A DNA stretch of 64,000 nucleotides from Terriglobales bacterium (GCA_035252015.1 DATFDP010000044.1:788-64787); one strand, 5' to 3'. Positions 17,590 through 27,723 are shown, counted from the stretch's first letter. Program-made: numbers and translations. Notes: generated from the sequence alone by a model not told the origin.

Positions 17590-19599
17590 ATGCGGTTCTT
17601 GTGTAGTGGGTTATCCTTCATCCTGCTGGCGGCCGGCATCAGCTTCGGCGTCCCTTCCGCGCCTCCAAACATCGTCCTTATCACGTTGGACACCACCCGC
17701 GCCGACCGCATGGGATTTCTCGGCTCGCGTCGCGGCCTCACGCCACATCTCGATGCCGTTGCCAAACAAGGCGTGGTGTTTACGCGCGCCTATGCCCACG
17801 TTCCTTTAACTACGGCCTCGCACGCCACCATCCTGACTGGAACCTATCCCCAGTTCAACCATGTTAACGATTTTGGCAAGCCGTTGGCAGAGCACTTGCC
17901 TTATCTGCCGGACATTTTGCATCACCATGGGTACCACACCGCCGCGTTTGTGGGCTCTCTCATTCTCGATCCTCTCGATGGACTGGCGCCTGGGTTCGAC
18001 CGCGGCTTCGATGTTTATGACGCGGGTTTTCGCCTGCGGCGGGCCCACGAGGATCGCTACAAAACGGTGGAACGCCGCGCCGACGAGGTAATCTGCCATG
18101 CTCTGACCTGGCTGGGGAACAACCCGAAGCGTCCTTTTTTCCTGTGGATCCATCTTTACGATGCACACGATCCGTACGATCCTCCGCCGCCTTACGCGCA
18201 ACGCTACGCTGCGCTTCCGTACGACGGGGAAATCGCCTACGTGGATGCGGCGGTGGGACACCTGCTCACCGTCTTGCGCGGCCATAAACTGTACGATGGC
18301 ACGCTGATCGCAATCATGGCTGATCATGGCGAGGCCTTCGGCGAACATGGAGAGCGGACCCACGGGATATTTCTGTACGACGAAACCATCCACGTGCCGC
18401 TGCTCTTCAAGCTGCCGCACGAACGTTTTGCCGGGAAGCGCATCAGCACCCAAACGGGCCTGGTTGATGTGACGCCCACGATTCTGAAGGTTGCCGGGCT
18501 GCAGGCGCCTAGCGCTGTGCAAGGCGAACCGCTGCTAAGCCTTATGCAAACGCAAGCGCGTGTCGCGGCAGGCATGACGTCCGCGCCTACTGGAAATGCC
18601 ACCCACGCTGATCGCCCCGTCTACTCCGAGACCGACTACCCCCATCGTGCGTTTGGCTGGAGCTCGTTGCGCTCGCTGCGTGAAGGCAAGTACCTGTTTA
18701 TCGAGGCGCCGCGCCGCGAGCTGTACGACCAGAACGCAGATCCGAAGGAATTACATAACCTGGCGGACAATCGGCCGGCAGTCGCCGGCACGTTGACAAC
18801 GAACCTGGATAAATTCCGCGTCAGCACCAGTGCGGCACAGCCCGGGGGTAGAACGGTTAATGCACAGCAGGCGCAAAAGCTGAATGCTCTGGGCTACGTC
18901 GCCTCTGATGCCTCCCCAGGCGAGGCGCCCGGCAAATCGGGGAAAACTAGTGCTCCCGATCCCAAGGACAAAATTGAGATCGCCAACCAGATGCATGCCG
19001 CCATCATGGAAATGGAAGACGGCCGCTACCAGGAGGCGATTCCGCGTCTCGAGGAAGTTCTGGCGGGCGATACCAATATGCCCATTGCGCAGATGCAACT
19101 CGGTACCGCCTTCACCCGGATTCACGACTATCAGAAAGCGGTCCCGGCTTTGCAAAGGGCGCTGGTTCTGCAGCCGGACTCGGGCATGGGGCACTACGAA
19201 TTGGGCTTGGCGCTCTTTGAAACCGGAGACTGGCAGGGGGCCGCGCCCCAATTCGAGTTTGCGGTGAAGCAGGCTCCCCGCTGGGCAGACGCGCACTTTT
19301 CTCTGGGTTCAGTGTATGCCCGCATTGACCGCGTTCCAGAAGCGTTAACGCAATTGCACACAGCCCTGCAGCTTAATCCCCACCACTATCGCGCCAACCT
19401 GTTGCTGGGCCGCATTCTTTTTCTGCAGGGCCACGCCCGCGAAGCTTTGCCCAACCTGCGGGAAGCCGCCGATGTGGAGCCGAAGTCACGGGAAGCGCAC
19501 TTGTTCCTGGCGGACGCATACACGCAACTCGGCATGAGCGCGGCGGCGCAGCGGGAGCGCGCACAGGCGCAGCGCCTTCCTCCTCCCGTCCAGCAATGA
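17590..19599 (+). CDS. Sulfatase-fold (alkaline phosphatase superfamily) hydrolase/transferase fused to C-terminal TPR repeats
   Basis: Signal peptide, then NIVLITLDTTRADRMG (metal site). VPLTTASHATILTG occupies the position of the C/S-x-P-x-R formylglycine motif. The C-terminal ~200 aa are TPR-like (YQEAIPRLEEVL..., YQKAVPALQRAL..., WQGAAPQFEFAV...). Confidence 0.8.
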   Translation: MRFLCSGLSFILLAAGISFGVPSAPPNIVLITLDTTRADRMGFLGSRRGLTPHLDAVAKQGVVFTRAYAHVPLTTASHATILTGTYPQFNHVNDFGKPLAEHLPYLPDILHHHGYHTAAFVGSLILDPLDGLAPGFDRGFDVYDAGFRLRRAHEDRYKTVERRADEVICHALTWLGNNPKRPFFLWIHLYDAHDPYDPPPPYAQRYAALPYDGEIAYVDAAVGHLLTVLRGHKLYDGTLIAIMADHGEAFGEHGERTHGIFLYDETIHVPLLFKLPHERFAGKRISTQTGLVDVTPTILKVAGLQAPSAVQGEPLLSLMQTQARVAAGMTSAPTGNATHADRPVYSETDYPHRAFGWSSLRSLREGKYLFIEAPRRELYDQNADPKELHNLADNRPAVAGTLTTNLDKFRVSTSAAQPGGRTVNAQQAQKLNALGYVASDASPGEAPGKSGKTSAPDPKDKIEIANQMHAAIMEMEDGRYQEAIPRLEEVLAGDTNMPIAQMQLGTAFTRIHDYQKAVPALQRALVLQPDSGMGHYELGLALFETGDWQGAAPQFEFAVKQAPRWADAHFSLGSVYARIDRVPEALTQLHTALQLNPHHYRANLLLGRILFLQGHAREALPNLREAADVEPKSREAHLFLADAYTQLGMSAAAQRERAQAQRLPPPVQQ

Positions 19600-19686
19600 T
19601 TCCCGCAAAAAAGTGTTGCTGCGGCGGAAACGGCGTCTATAATCCGGCTCTCCCATAAGTGAGCGTTTTCAGCTTCGGGAGCCCGG

Positions 19687-21867
19687 ATGATCTCACTGCG
19701 TCTCGTCGCCATCGCCCTGTTACTGACATTTTTCGCCACGCCGCCTTCCCTTCAATCCGCGCATCCCGACGCGCCAGCCATGCGGGGATTCAGCGCCGGC
19801 GAAGCAGCCAAAGAGAACGACGTCGAGCATAGATTCCGAGCCATTCCATCACCACAGGAAGAGAGCAGGCAGCATCGGATTTTCACGGCGGAGCCGCACA
19901 TTGCCGGATCGGCCCGCAATAACGAGCTGGCGCGTTACATTGCCGAGCAATGGAAAAAGCAGGGCCTGGAGGATGTGCGCATCCGCCGCTACGACGTCTA
20001 CAGTACCCAACCGCGCAGCACTTCCCTGGAGATGGTGAGTCCGGTGCACTACGTCGCTGGCTTGCGCGAGCAGCCCTTTCCGGAAGACCCCGACACCGGC
20101 AACAAGGCAGTGTCCTCAGCCTGGACCGGCATGTCTCTCTCGGGCGAGATCACGGCTCCGCTGGTGTATGCCCACAGCGGCAATCCTGAAGATTACGACT
20201 ACCTGCGTCAGCAGGGCATCAGCGTGCGCGGCAAGATTGTTCTGGTGCGCTACTCCAATCCTTACAGCTATCGAGGTTTCAAAGCGCTGACGGCGGAGCG
20301 CGAAGGCGCGGCCGCCATCCTCATCTATAGCGACCCTGCCGAGGACGGTTATAAAAAAGGAAAAGTCTTCCCGGACGGGCCATGGGGCCCGGAAAGCCAC
20401 ATCCAGCGCGGGGCCATCACTTACGATTTCATAGTGCCTGGAGATCCCCTGACTCCGGGGTGGGCGTCAGTACCGGGAGCCAGGCACATTGCGGTGAAAG
20501 ATGCGCGCTCGCTGCCCAAGATCATGGCGCTGCCGCTCTCCTGGCATGACGCCAAGCCGCTGCTGGAGCACATTGGTGGTCCGGCGGCTCCGCAGGACTG
20601 GCAGGGCGGCCTTCCCATCACATACCACCTCGGCGGCAAGGATGCGCAAGTCCATCTCAAAATTGATATGGACAATTCCATCAAGCCCTATTATGTCGTG
20701 GAAGCCCGCATTCGCGGCTCGCAATTCGCGGACGAATGGGTGGTGATGGGCAACCACCGCGATGCCTGGGTGTTTGGCGGGGTGGATCCCAGCAGCGGCA
20801 CCGCGTCCATGATGGAGCTGACGCGCGGCTTGGGCCAACTGTTGCGCCAGGGAATCCGGCCCAGGCGCACGCTGGTGATTTGCAGCTGGGACGGCGAAGA
20901 AGTCGGGCTGACCGGGTCCACGGAATGGGGCGAGCAATTTCAGGACGATTTGCGCAAAAAGGCGGTCGCCTACATCAACGTGGATTCGTCCACCTCGGGT
21001 CCCAACTTCGAGGGCAGCGCGGTGGGATCGCTCGCGCCATTGCTGCGTGAGGTGAGCCACGGTTTCCAGGATCCGGCAACAGGCCAGTCGCTTTACGAGG
21101 CATGGAAAGCATCGGTGGAGCGAGCGCGGGAAGCACGAAAGGAAACACCTGTCAGCGACGCCAACCTGGTGGACACACGCATTGGCAGCGGCTCGGACCA
21201 TACGGTTTTTCTCAACCATGTGGGTATGCCGGTGATCGGCCTCGACTTTGACGGGCCCTATGGCGTGTATCACTCCATGTACGACGATTTTTACTGGATC
21301 AATCACTTTGGCGATCCGGGATACCGCTACCACACGCTGATGTCTCAGTTGTGGGGCGCACTCGCCCTGCGGCTGGCGAATGCCGACCTGCTGCCCTTCG
21401 ATTTCGGCGAGTACGGCGAAAATATCGCGCAATTCGTGGATGAGTTGGAAAAGGGAAAGGACCTGAGCCGGCTGGACCTGCGGCCACTGCGAGCCGCGAT
21501 TACGGATTTTGTTGGCGCTGGCCGCAAGCTTGATGCCGCGGAACAGCAGGCGCTCGCTTCCGGCAAAATCAACCCGGCGGTCGAGCAGGACGTGAATCAG
21601 GGCACGATGAAGATAGAACGAAATTGGCTGAATCCGGAGGGTATTCCAGGGCGCCCCTGGTTCGAGCACATGCTTTACGGCGCCCGCTACACCTACGCTC
21701 ATTTAGAGCTTCCGGCAATAACAGAGGCCGTTGAGAAGGCCGACTGGACCACTGCACAACAGCAAACCGAATTGCTCCGGCAGGCGGTTGAGAAGAATAC
21801 TCAGCTGGTTCAGGACCTCGCGAACCGCCTGCAAAGCTCCGTTCAATCAGGAGGGCACGCGGAGTGA
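19687..21867 (+). CDS. M28-family peptidase, glutamate carboxypeptidase II / transferrin-receptor-like (PA domain + dimerisation domain)
   Basis: 726 aa with a signal peptide. GNHRDAWVFGGVDPSSGTA, SWDGEEVGLTGSTEW and a C-terminal helical region resemble the PSMA/NAALADase layout. Confidence 0.8.
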   Translation: MISLRLVAIALLLTFFATPPSLQSAHPDAPAMRGFSAGEAAKENDVEHRFRAIPSPQEESRQHRIFTAEPHIAGSARNNELARYIAEQWKKQGLEDVRIRRYDVYSTQPRSTSLEMVSPVHYVAGLREQPFPEDPDTGNKAVSSAWTGMSLSGEITAPLVYAHSGNPEDYDYLRQQGISVRGKIVLVRYSNPYSYRGFKALTAEREGAAAILIYSDPAEDGYKKGKVFPDGPWGPESHIQRGAITYDFIVPGDPLTPGWASVPGARHIAVKDARSLPKIMALPLSWHDAKPLLEHIGGPAAPQDWQGGLPITYHLGGKDAQVHLKIDMDNSIKPYYVVEARIRGSQFADEWVVMGNHRDAWVFGGVDPSSGTASMMELTRGLGQLLRQGIRPRRTLVICSWDGEEVGLTGSTEWGEQFQDDLRKKAVAYINVDSSTSGPNFEGSAVGSLAPLLREVSHGFQDPATGQSLYEAWKASVERAREARKETPVSDANLVDTRIGSGSDHTVFLNHVGMPVIGLDFDGPYGVYHSMYDDFYWINHFGDPGYRYHTLMSQLWGALALRLANADLLPFDFGEYGENIAQFVDELEKGKDLSRLDLRPLRAAITDFVGAGRKLDAAEQQALASGKINPAVEQDVNQGTMKIERNWLNPEGIPGRPWFEHMLYGARYTYAHLELPAITEAVEKADWTTAQQQTELLRQAVEKNTQLVQDLANRLQSSVQSGGHAE

Positions 21868-22889
21868 AACGGCGCGGAGTTCTCCTGCTTGCGGTACTTG
21901 GATTGGCCTTCGCAACGACGGCAGCAGCACAATCTGCAACCCAGGCCGCCGCCGCTGAGTCTCTCAACCAACTGCGAGATGAACTGCAGGCCATCCGGCG
22001 GGCCTTTCCCGGCCAGATGTCCGTCTACATGAAGAATCTCTCCACCGGGGATGAGATCGCGTTCGATGCGGACACGGTTTACGAAACCTTCAGCGTAATC
22101 AAACTGGCCATTGCAGCTGAGGTGCTGCGCGACGCGGAAGCAGGCAAGTTTTCTCTGGGCGATCGCATCGCTATCACGCCCGCCGACCGCCGCCTGCCCT
22201 CGGGGGTACTGTACTCGCTGGATCCGGGCCTGCAGCCCACCGTGCGTGACCTGCTCACGCTCATGATCATCATCAGCGACAATGAGGCCACCGACATCCT
22301 GGCCGACAAGGTCGGCCGCGCGAACATTACGGCCTACATGCACAGCCTGGGACTGAAGAACACCAGCACACAGTTCTCCGATCTGGATTGGGATCGCACT
22401 TGGCTGGGAACACTCGATCCGAGTTATAAGAACGCAAGTGGCGACCAGACCATCAAGTTCCCCTTCGATAAGTACAGCGAGTCGCAGGTCAGCGCGGCGT
22501 TCGGACACACCATTTACGACGCCGGCATCTACTTCGGCCACAGCACCACGCGCGAAATAGGTCAACTGCTGGAGTGGGCTGCCGAGGGCAAGTTGGTTTC
22601 CAAAAAGGCAAGCACCCTGCTCCTGGACATCATGGAAAAGCAGCAGGTGAATGACCGCTTTCCCTTATACCTGGAACATGTCCGCATCGCGCACAAAACT
22701 GGGGACGGCCAGCCGTTTATCGCCAACGACGCTGGTGTGCTGTGGGTACACGATCAACCCATCGTGCTGGTGGTCTTCACCGGGCACCATCGTGGCCCAA
22801 CCTCTTCCCTGCACGATTCCATCGCGCGAGTGGCCGCCTTCGTGGTGCGGCATTACGGTGGCAAAGTGACGCGCGACTTCAAGCCATGA
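21864..22889 (+). CDS. Class A beta-lactamase-like serine hydrolase, secreted
   Basis: Signal MKRRGVLLLAVLGLAFATTAAAQ. SxxK (FSVIKL), SDN (ISDNEATD) and KTG (HKTGDG) are present. No clear ExxLN omega-loop motif. GTGA overlap with the M28 stop. Confidence 0.7.
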   Translation: MKRRGVLLLAVLGLAFATTAAAQSATQAAAAESLNQLRDELQAIRRAFPGQMSVYMKNLSTGDEIAFDADTVYETFSVIKLAIAAEVLRDAEAGKFSLGDRIAITPADRRLPSGVLYSLDPGLQPTVRDLLTLMIIISDNEATDILADKVGRANITAYMHSLGLKNTSTQFSDLDWDRTWLGTLDPSYKNASGDQTIKFPFDKYSESQVSAAFGHTIYDAGIYFGHSTTREIGQLLEWAAEGKLVSKKASTLLLDIMEKQQVNDRFPLYLEHVRIAHKTGDGQPFIANDAGVLWVHDQPIVLVVFTGHHRGPTSSLHDSIARVAAFVVRHYGGKVTRDFKP

Positions 22890-22978
22890 GCACTCCACAT
22901 ACCATTGCAGGGATCCCGCCGGCACACTCCGTTAATATTCACCGCAAGAACGCGTCCGCCCGGCGGGCAGAGGCCTTC

Positions 22979-25795
22979 ATGATCCGATATTTCATTGTTT
23001 TTCTGTTGCTGCCAGTATTGACAGGAGCCGCGCTGGCGCAAACCGCCGCCGCTCCCGATATGCCCGAACCCGGTTCCGCGGAAGCAATTGCCGCCGCGAC
23101 CACGGAAAAGGATTTCATTTCTCCCTGGGTCTCTTATCTGCCGCACTCCTCCACCGTGCCCTCACCTATGGCGTTTCTGGGGCGAATTCCCGGGGTGCCG
23201 GGCGAACTCGCCGGGACAGTCAAGACTTACGCTTACTGCCGCGCTTTGGCCGCTGCTTCGCCCAGGGTTCGCGTTTTCACTTTAGGACGCAGCGAAGAAG
23301 GACGCGAAATCATAATGGTGGCAATCGCCGACGAAGCCGGCATTCGTGAATTGGATCAGCTGAAGTCTGCAACCGCTGCCCTCGCTGATCCGCGGCGCAC
23401 CGATCCGGCCGCCGCCCAGCGGCTGATAAAGAGTTCACGGCCTATCTATTATTTCAATGCTGCTCTGCACTCTGACGAGACGGGCTCCACGGAGGCCATG
23501 CTCGAACTGGCCTACCGTTTAGCGGTTTCCGAGCAGCCGATGATCCGCCGCATTCGCGAGCGACTGGTGGTGCTCATCAATCCCATTTCCAACCCCGATG
23601 GCCGCGACAAGATGGTGGACTGGTTCTACGCCTACCTCAAGGGCAAGACCGACTACGCGAACCTGCCTCGCCAGTCTCCGCCCTACTGGTCGAAATACAC
23701 CTTCGTGGACATCAACCGCGATACCCATCAGCAGACGCACGAGACCACCAAGGCGGTGCACCGCATGTTTCACGAGTGGCACCCGACCGTGGTCCACGAC
23801 CTCCACGAAGGCGTGCCCATGCTGATGACCTGGAACGGCACCGGCCCTTACAACCCAGATGTTGATCCCATCACCTATGCGGAGTTCCTGGAACTCAGCT
23901 TCCACGAAGTGCAGGTTATGACGGCGATGGCCATGCCCGGCGTTTCCACCTGGAATTTTGGCGAGGCATTTGCCCACCTTTATCTGGACTCTGTGGCCAT
24001 GAACCACAACAGCATCGGGCGCGGTTATGAGACGTTCGGCAACGGCTCAACTGAAACCATGCGCCGCACCCTTGACCCCTCGGACACAAAGATGGAGTGG
24101 TATCGGCCGCTCCCGCCCAAATCGCAGCAGGTTGTGTGGTCAGCGCGCGACAACTTGAATTATCAGGAAACTGCCGCCCTCGCCGCACTGGACTACAGCG
24201 CCGACCACGCTCAGCACATGCTGCAGAATTTTTACAAGAAAGGTTGGGATTCCTGGCAGAAAGGGCTGCACGAGCCGCCTTATGCGTTCCTCATTCCCGC
24301 CGATCAGGGCGACCGCATGCGTGTGGCCCAGATGGTGGGCCGCCTCATCGGTCAGCACATCGAGGTGGGCGTGGCGCAAGCGCCAATCCAACTTAAAGAT
24401 GCCAGCTTCCCTGCCGGCACCTACGTCGTACGCTTGGATCAACCTTACCGCAATTACGCCGTAGATCTGCTCACGCCGCAGCATTATCCCAAGGACGGTG
24501 GCGAGCCTTACGATGATGTCTCCTGGGAACTACCCGCCCACTATCACCTACGGGCGATTCCAACCGTCGACACGGCGGTGCGTTCTGTTCCCCTTGTCGC
24601 CCTGTCTGCCCCGCCACATCCAGGAGGCACTGTCGCCGGCAACGGCCCCGTATTCCTTTTAAAAGATACCGGGCAGGAAAGCCTGCTGGCGGCACGCTAC
24701 CGCCTCAGCCGGTTCCGAGTGCAGATTGCCGAGCACGCTTTTAATGAAGAAGGCACAGAATTTCCCGCTGGCTCCTGGATTTTCCCTGCCCAGGACGGGC
24801 TGGCCGCAGAACTGCGATCCGCAGCGGCGGAACTCGGCCTGAATCTCACCAGCGCTGCCGCCATTCCCGCGGTACCCCATCATGCTGCTCCGGCGCCTCG
24901 CATCGGGCTTTGGGTACCATGGGCGGACACGGATTCCATCGGCTGGATCCGCTACTCCCTTGACCAACGTAAAGTCCCTTATACCTACCTGCGCGATGAA
25001 GACATTCGCGCCGGCGGCTTGCGCGACAAAGTTGACATCCTCCTCTACGGCCATGTGGACCTCGAGTTGGCGGAACAGATCCAGGGCTTGCCCAAGGCTT
25101 GGGGGCCAATGCCCTACAAAAAGACTCCACGCACGCCAAGCTTTGGCACGCCGGCTGAATCCGATGACATAACCGGCGGCATTGGATGGGAAGGCATGGC
25201 GCAATTGCAGAAGTTTGTAGAAAGCGGCGGGCTGATGGTCACTTTGGGCAGCGGTTCCATGCTGGCTTTGGAAGGCGGAATTGTGCGCGGGGTGCGGCGT
25301 GCGGCCGGCGGCGTGCCCCGCAGCACGCAAGGTGGTGGGGCCGCCTCGGCTGCCGCCTCCGAAAATGCCGCCACCCGCACTCCCGGCGCTCATGTGCGCG
25401 TCACCTTCGCGCGCCCTGACCATCCCCTCGCCTACGGCTACCCCGTGCGTACGTGGGTATTCCGCCAAAACTTTCCTCTGTACGACGTGCCTCTGCGATG
25501 GCTCCGCATGGCCTACTGCACCAGTTGCCTCGATGGTCCGGAAGACCGCAGCGGGATTGTGTTGCAGTGGGGCGACAGCGAGAGTGCGCCTTTAGTAGTG
25601 AGTGGCCAGGCGTGGGGACAGGCGGGACTGATTGGCCGTCCGGCGATTCTGGACATGCCGGTGGGCCACGGCCGCGTGGTGGCGTTCAACTTTAATCCCG
25701 TACACCGCGATTTGAATCGCGGCGACCAGCGCCTGTTATGGAATGCCATCCTGAACTGGCAAGCGATCTTGCAGGAGACCGGAGTGGGCCACTAA
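22979..25795 (+). CDS. Large M14-like (zinc carboxypeptidase fold) secreted protein
   Basis: Signal MIRYFIVFLLLPVLTGAALAQ. HxxE zinc motif context FNAALHSDETGSTEAMLELAYRL. About 940 aa. An alternative start at 22886 forms an ATGA overlap with the upstream stop. Confidence 0.65.
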   Translation: MIRYFIVFLLLPVLTGAALAQTAAAPDMPEPGSAEAIAAATTEKDFISPWVSYLPHSSTVPSPMAFLGRIPGVPGELAGTVKTYAYCRALAAASPRVRVFTLGRSEEGREIIMVAIADEAGIRELDQLKSATAALADPRRTDPAAAQRLIKSSRPIYYFNAALHSDETGSTEAMLELAYRLAVSEQPMIRRIRERLVVLINPISNPDGRDKMVDWFYAYLKGKTDYANLPRQSPPYWSKYTFVDINRDTHQQTHETTKAVHRMFHEWHPTVVHDLHEGVPMLMTWNGTGPYNPDVDPITYAEFLELSFHEVQVMTAMAMPGVSTWNFGEAFAHLYLDSVAMNHNSIGRGYETFGNGSTETMRRTLDPSDTKMEWYRPLPPKSQQVVWSARDNLNYQETAALAALDYSADHAQHMLQNFYKKGWDSWQKGLHEPPYAFLIPADQGDRMRVAQMVGRLIGQHIEVGVAQAPIQLKDASFPAGTYVVRLDQPYRNYAVDLLTPQHYPKDGGEPYDDVSWELPAHYHLRAIPTVDTAVRSVPLVALSAPPHPGGTVAGNGPVFLLKDTGQESLLAARYRLSRFRVQIAEHAFNEEGTEFPAGSWIFPAQDGLAAELRSAAAELGLNLTSAAAIPAVPHHAAPAPRIGLWVPWADTDSIGWIRYSLDQRKVPYTYLRDEDIRAGGLRDKVDILLYGHVDLELAEQIQGLPKAWGPMPYKKTPRTPSFGTPAESDDITGGIGWEGMAQLQKFVESGGLMVTLGSGSMLALEGGIVRGVRRAAGGVPRSTQGGGAASAAASENAATRTPGAHVRVTFARPDHPLAYGYPVRTWVFRQNFPLYDVPLRWLRMAYCTSCLDGPEDRSGIVLQWGDSESAPLVVSGQAWGQAGLIGRPAILDMPVGHGRVVAFNFNPVHRDLNRGDQRLLWNAILNWQAILQETGVGH

Positions 25796-25838
25796 GCCAT
25801 TTGGATCCAGATCTACCGGAAAAACCGGCGCACACCCA

Positions 25839-26741
25839 TTACTGTTCTGCATAAACGCTTTTGACGAAATCGGCCGCGTTGGTATTGGGCCAGTCGGGAT
25901 ATTGAGTTTTAAGGTACGCGCTAACCTGTTTGCCTGCGTCCTCTGCTGAGACACGCTGCTGTTTGAGAGCAAGCGCTCGCGTGCGGATTTCTGAGATCAG
26001 TTTCACTTCAGCCGCCACCAGCGAACCGTCGCCGGGAGCACTGTGATCGGGCAAGACGTGTGCAACAGGGAGTGCGGCCACCTTCTCCAGCACGGCAAGC
26101 CAGCTCGCAGGTGTGCCGCCGTCACCGAAGATGTGCGGCATGGTCTTGTTCTGCACCACGTCGCCTGAAACCAAAGTACGATCCGGTTCAACGAAAGTAA
26201 GCTCATCTCCTTTGGTGTGAGCGCCGCCAAACCAGAGCAGCCGCGCCCTAACCCCGCCCAAGTCAATGGTTACTTCCCGGTCAAACGTCATGTCTGGCGG
26301 ACGCAGTACCACACCAGCTAGCAGGTCTTTGATTTGCGCTGACCGGCTACTGAACATGTCAATCATTTCCTGCCCGTGCTTCTCCATCTCCTGCTGCTGC
26401 ACGGCGTCGCGTATCAAAATGGTATTGGGAGGGAAACCCGGCTCCCCACCAGCGTGCTCCGGATGGAAGTGAGTGGTAGTGAGAAACAGCTTGTGGTTCT
26501 CAGGTGCTAGTCTTGCCGCCACGCGCGCGGCAGTGGCTCCATTCTTCGGCCCTAAACCTGTGTCAACAACGAGCGTGGCGTGCTTACCGACCACGATGCC
26601 GACATTGGGGAAGCCCATGATTGCCCAGACGTGGTCAGAGATCCTGGTTGTGTTCTCGCTAAGCATTGGATTGCTCATCTGCGCGGGTGCAGCACTCACA
26701 CCGAGGGCGACCAGAATCACAAACGTCAAGAGTGCCTTCAT
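25839..26741 (-). CDS. MBL-fold metallo-hydrolase, secreted
   Basis: Signal MKALLTFVILVALGVSAAPAQ. Metal motif TTHFHPEHAGG (HxHxEH) and later GGAHTKGD. ATG at 26741 with AGGAG 8 nt upstream. Confidence 0.8.
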   Translation of the reverse strand: MKALLTFVILVALGVSAAPAQMSNPMLSENTTRISDHVWAIMGFPNVGIVVGKHATLVVDTGLGPKNGATAARVAARLAPENHKLFLTTTHFHPEHAGGEPGFPPNTILIRDAVQQQEMEKHGQEMIDMFSSRSAQIKDLLAGVVLRPPDMTFDREVTIDLGGVRARLLWFGGAHTKGDELTFVEPDRTLVSGDVVQNKTMPHIFGDGGTPASWLAVLEKVAALPVAHVLPDHSAPGDGSLVAAEVKLISEIRTRALALKQQRVSAEDAGKQVSAYLKTQYPDWPNTNAADFVKSVYAEQ

Positions 26742-26919
26742 CAGTGCCTCTCCTGGACTATCGAGGTTCGGGTAATAACGACGAGGTCGCGTTAGGAACA
26801 AGGTCCCAGTTTCACGTTGGCGGAAAACAGCACCATAGTACTAAGATTCATAAGCTCGTGCTGTGCACGCGGCGCTAGGTCGGCCGAAGCAATCGCCAGA
26901 GAGCAGGGAGGTATCTGTT

Positions 26920-27723
26920 ATGCATGTTGACGCTTTGCCCGCGCAAGAGCCGCTTGTCCTCACTACACACGTGAATCGCGTCGCTACACTCACTCTCAAT
27001 CGCGGGGGGCGATTCAACCCGCTCTCCAGCCAGATGATTGCCGCCCTCCAGGCGGAGCTGCATGCCACCGCCAAAGATCCCGCGGTAAGGGTAGTAGTTC
27101 TCGCCGCTGAAGGAAAGGGCTTCTGCGCAGGTCATGACCTGCAGGAGATGCGCGCTCACGCTGGCGACAAGAGCTGGCAGCGTCAATTGTTCGACGACTG
27201 CAGCCGGATGATGATTTCGCTCACCCAAATGCCCCAGCCAGTAATCGCCCGCGTCCACGGTATTGCCACCGCCGCCGGTTGCCAGCTCGTTTCCATGTGC
27301 GACCTTGCCGTCGCCGCCGACACTGCCAGGTTCGCCATGCCGGGAATCAACATCGGTGTCTTCTGCTCCACGCCTGCGGTAGGCGTGGTGCGGAATGTAG
27401 GCCGGAAACGCGCCATGGAAATGCTCCTCACCGGAGAGACCATTGATGCCCACACCGCGCTCTCTTGGGGGCTGGTCAATCGTGTTGTTCCCGCTGCCCA
27501 GCTGGACGCAGAAATTGCGCGCTTCACGGACATCATCCTGTCTCGCAGTTCAGCCGCAGTCCAACTCGGTAAGCAGGCCTTCTACGGCCAAGTTGATCGT
27601 CCTCTCTCGGCCGCTTATGACAGCGCGAGCGAGGTGATGGCGTGCAATCTGCTTTTGGAAGATGCCGCCGAAGGGATGGACGCGTTTCTGCAGAAGCGCC
27701 CTGCCTCTTGGCGCGGCAGATGA
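26920..27723 (+). CDS. Enoyl-CoA hydratase/isomerase (crotonase) family
   Basis: LNRGGRFNPLS..., GKGFCAGHDLQEM and ARVHGIATAAGCQL are crotonase oxyanion-hole patterns. GGGAGG lies upstream of the ATG at 26920. Confidence 0.85.
   Translation: MHVDALPAQEPLVLTTHVNRVATLTLNRGGRFNPLSSQMIAALQAELHATAKDPAVRVVVLAAEGKGFCAGHDLQEMRAHAGDKSWQRQLFDDCSRMMISLTQMPQPVIARVHGIATAAGCQLVSMCDLAVAADTARFAMPGINIGVFCSTPAVGVVRNVGRKRAMEMLLTGETIDAHTALSWGLVNRVVPAAQLDAEIARFTDIILSRSSAAVQLGKQAFYGQVDRPLSAAYDSASEVMACNLLLEDAAEGMDAFLQKRPASWRGR

Noticed and set aside
20467-21702. A 411-aa ORF antisense to the M28 peptidase gene. Similar long shadow ORFs occur at 675-1286 (+), 17806-18522 (-), 24659-25468 (-), 30333-31265 (+) and 50246-50800 (+).
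   Set aside because: Their translations are Arg/Pro/Gly/Ala-rich low-complexity strings with no motifs. Each lies entirely inside a well-supported gene on the other strand or in another frame. This is typical of open antisense frames in GC-rich DNA.
22742-22978. Long N-terminal extensions in the ORF track. Examples are 22742, 31355, 46523 (minus), 54667, 55908, 17074 (minus), 52873 (minus) and 63006 (minus).
   Set aside because: The extensions overlap neighbouring genes and look non-protein-like. Internal ATGs are followed by proper signal peptides or conserved N-termini and are preceded by SD-like sequences, so I used the internal starts.
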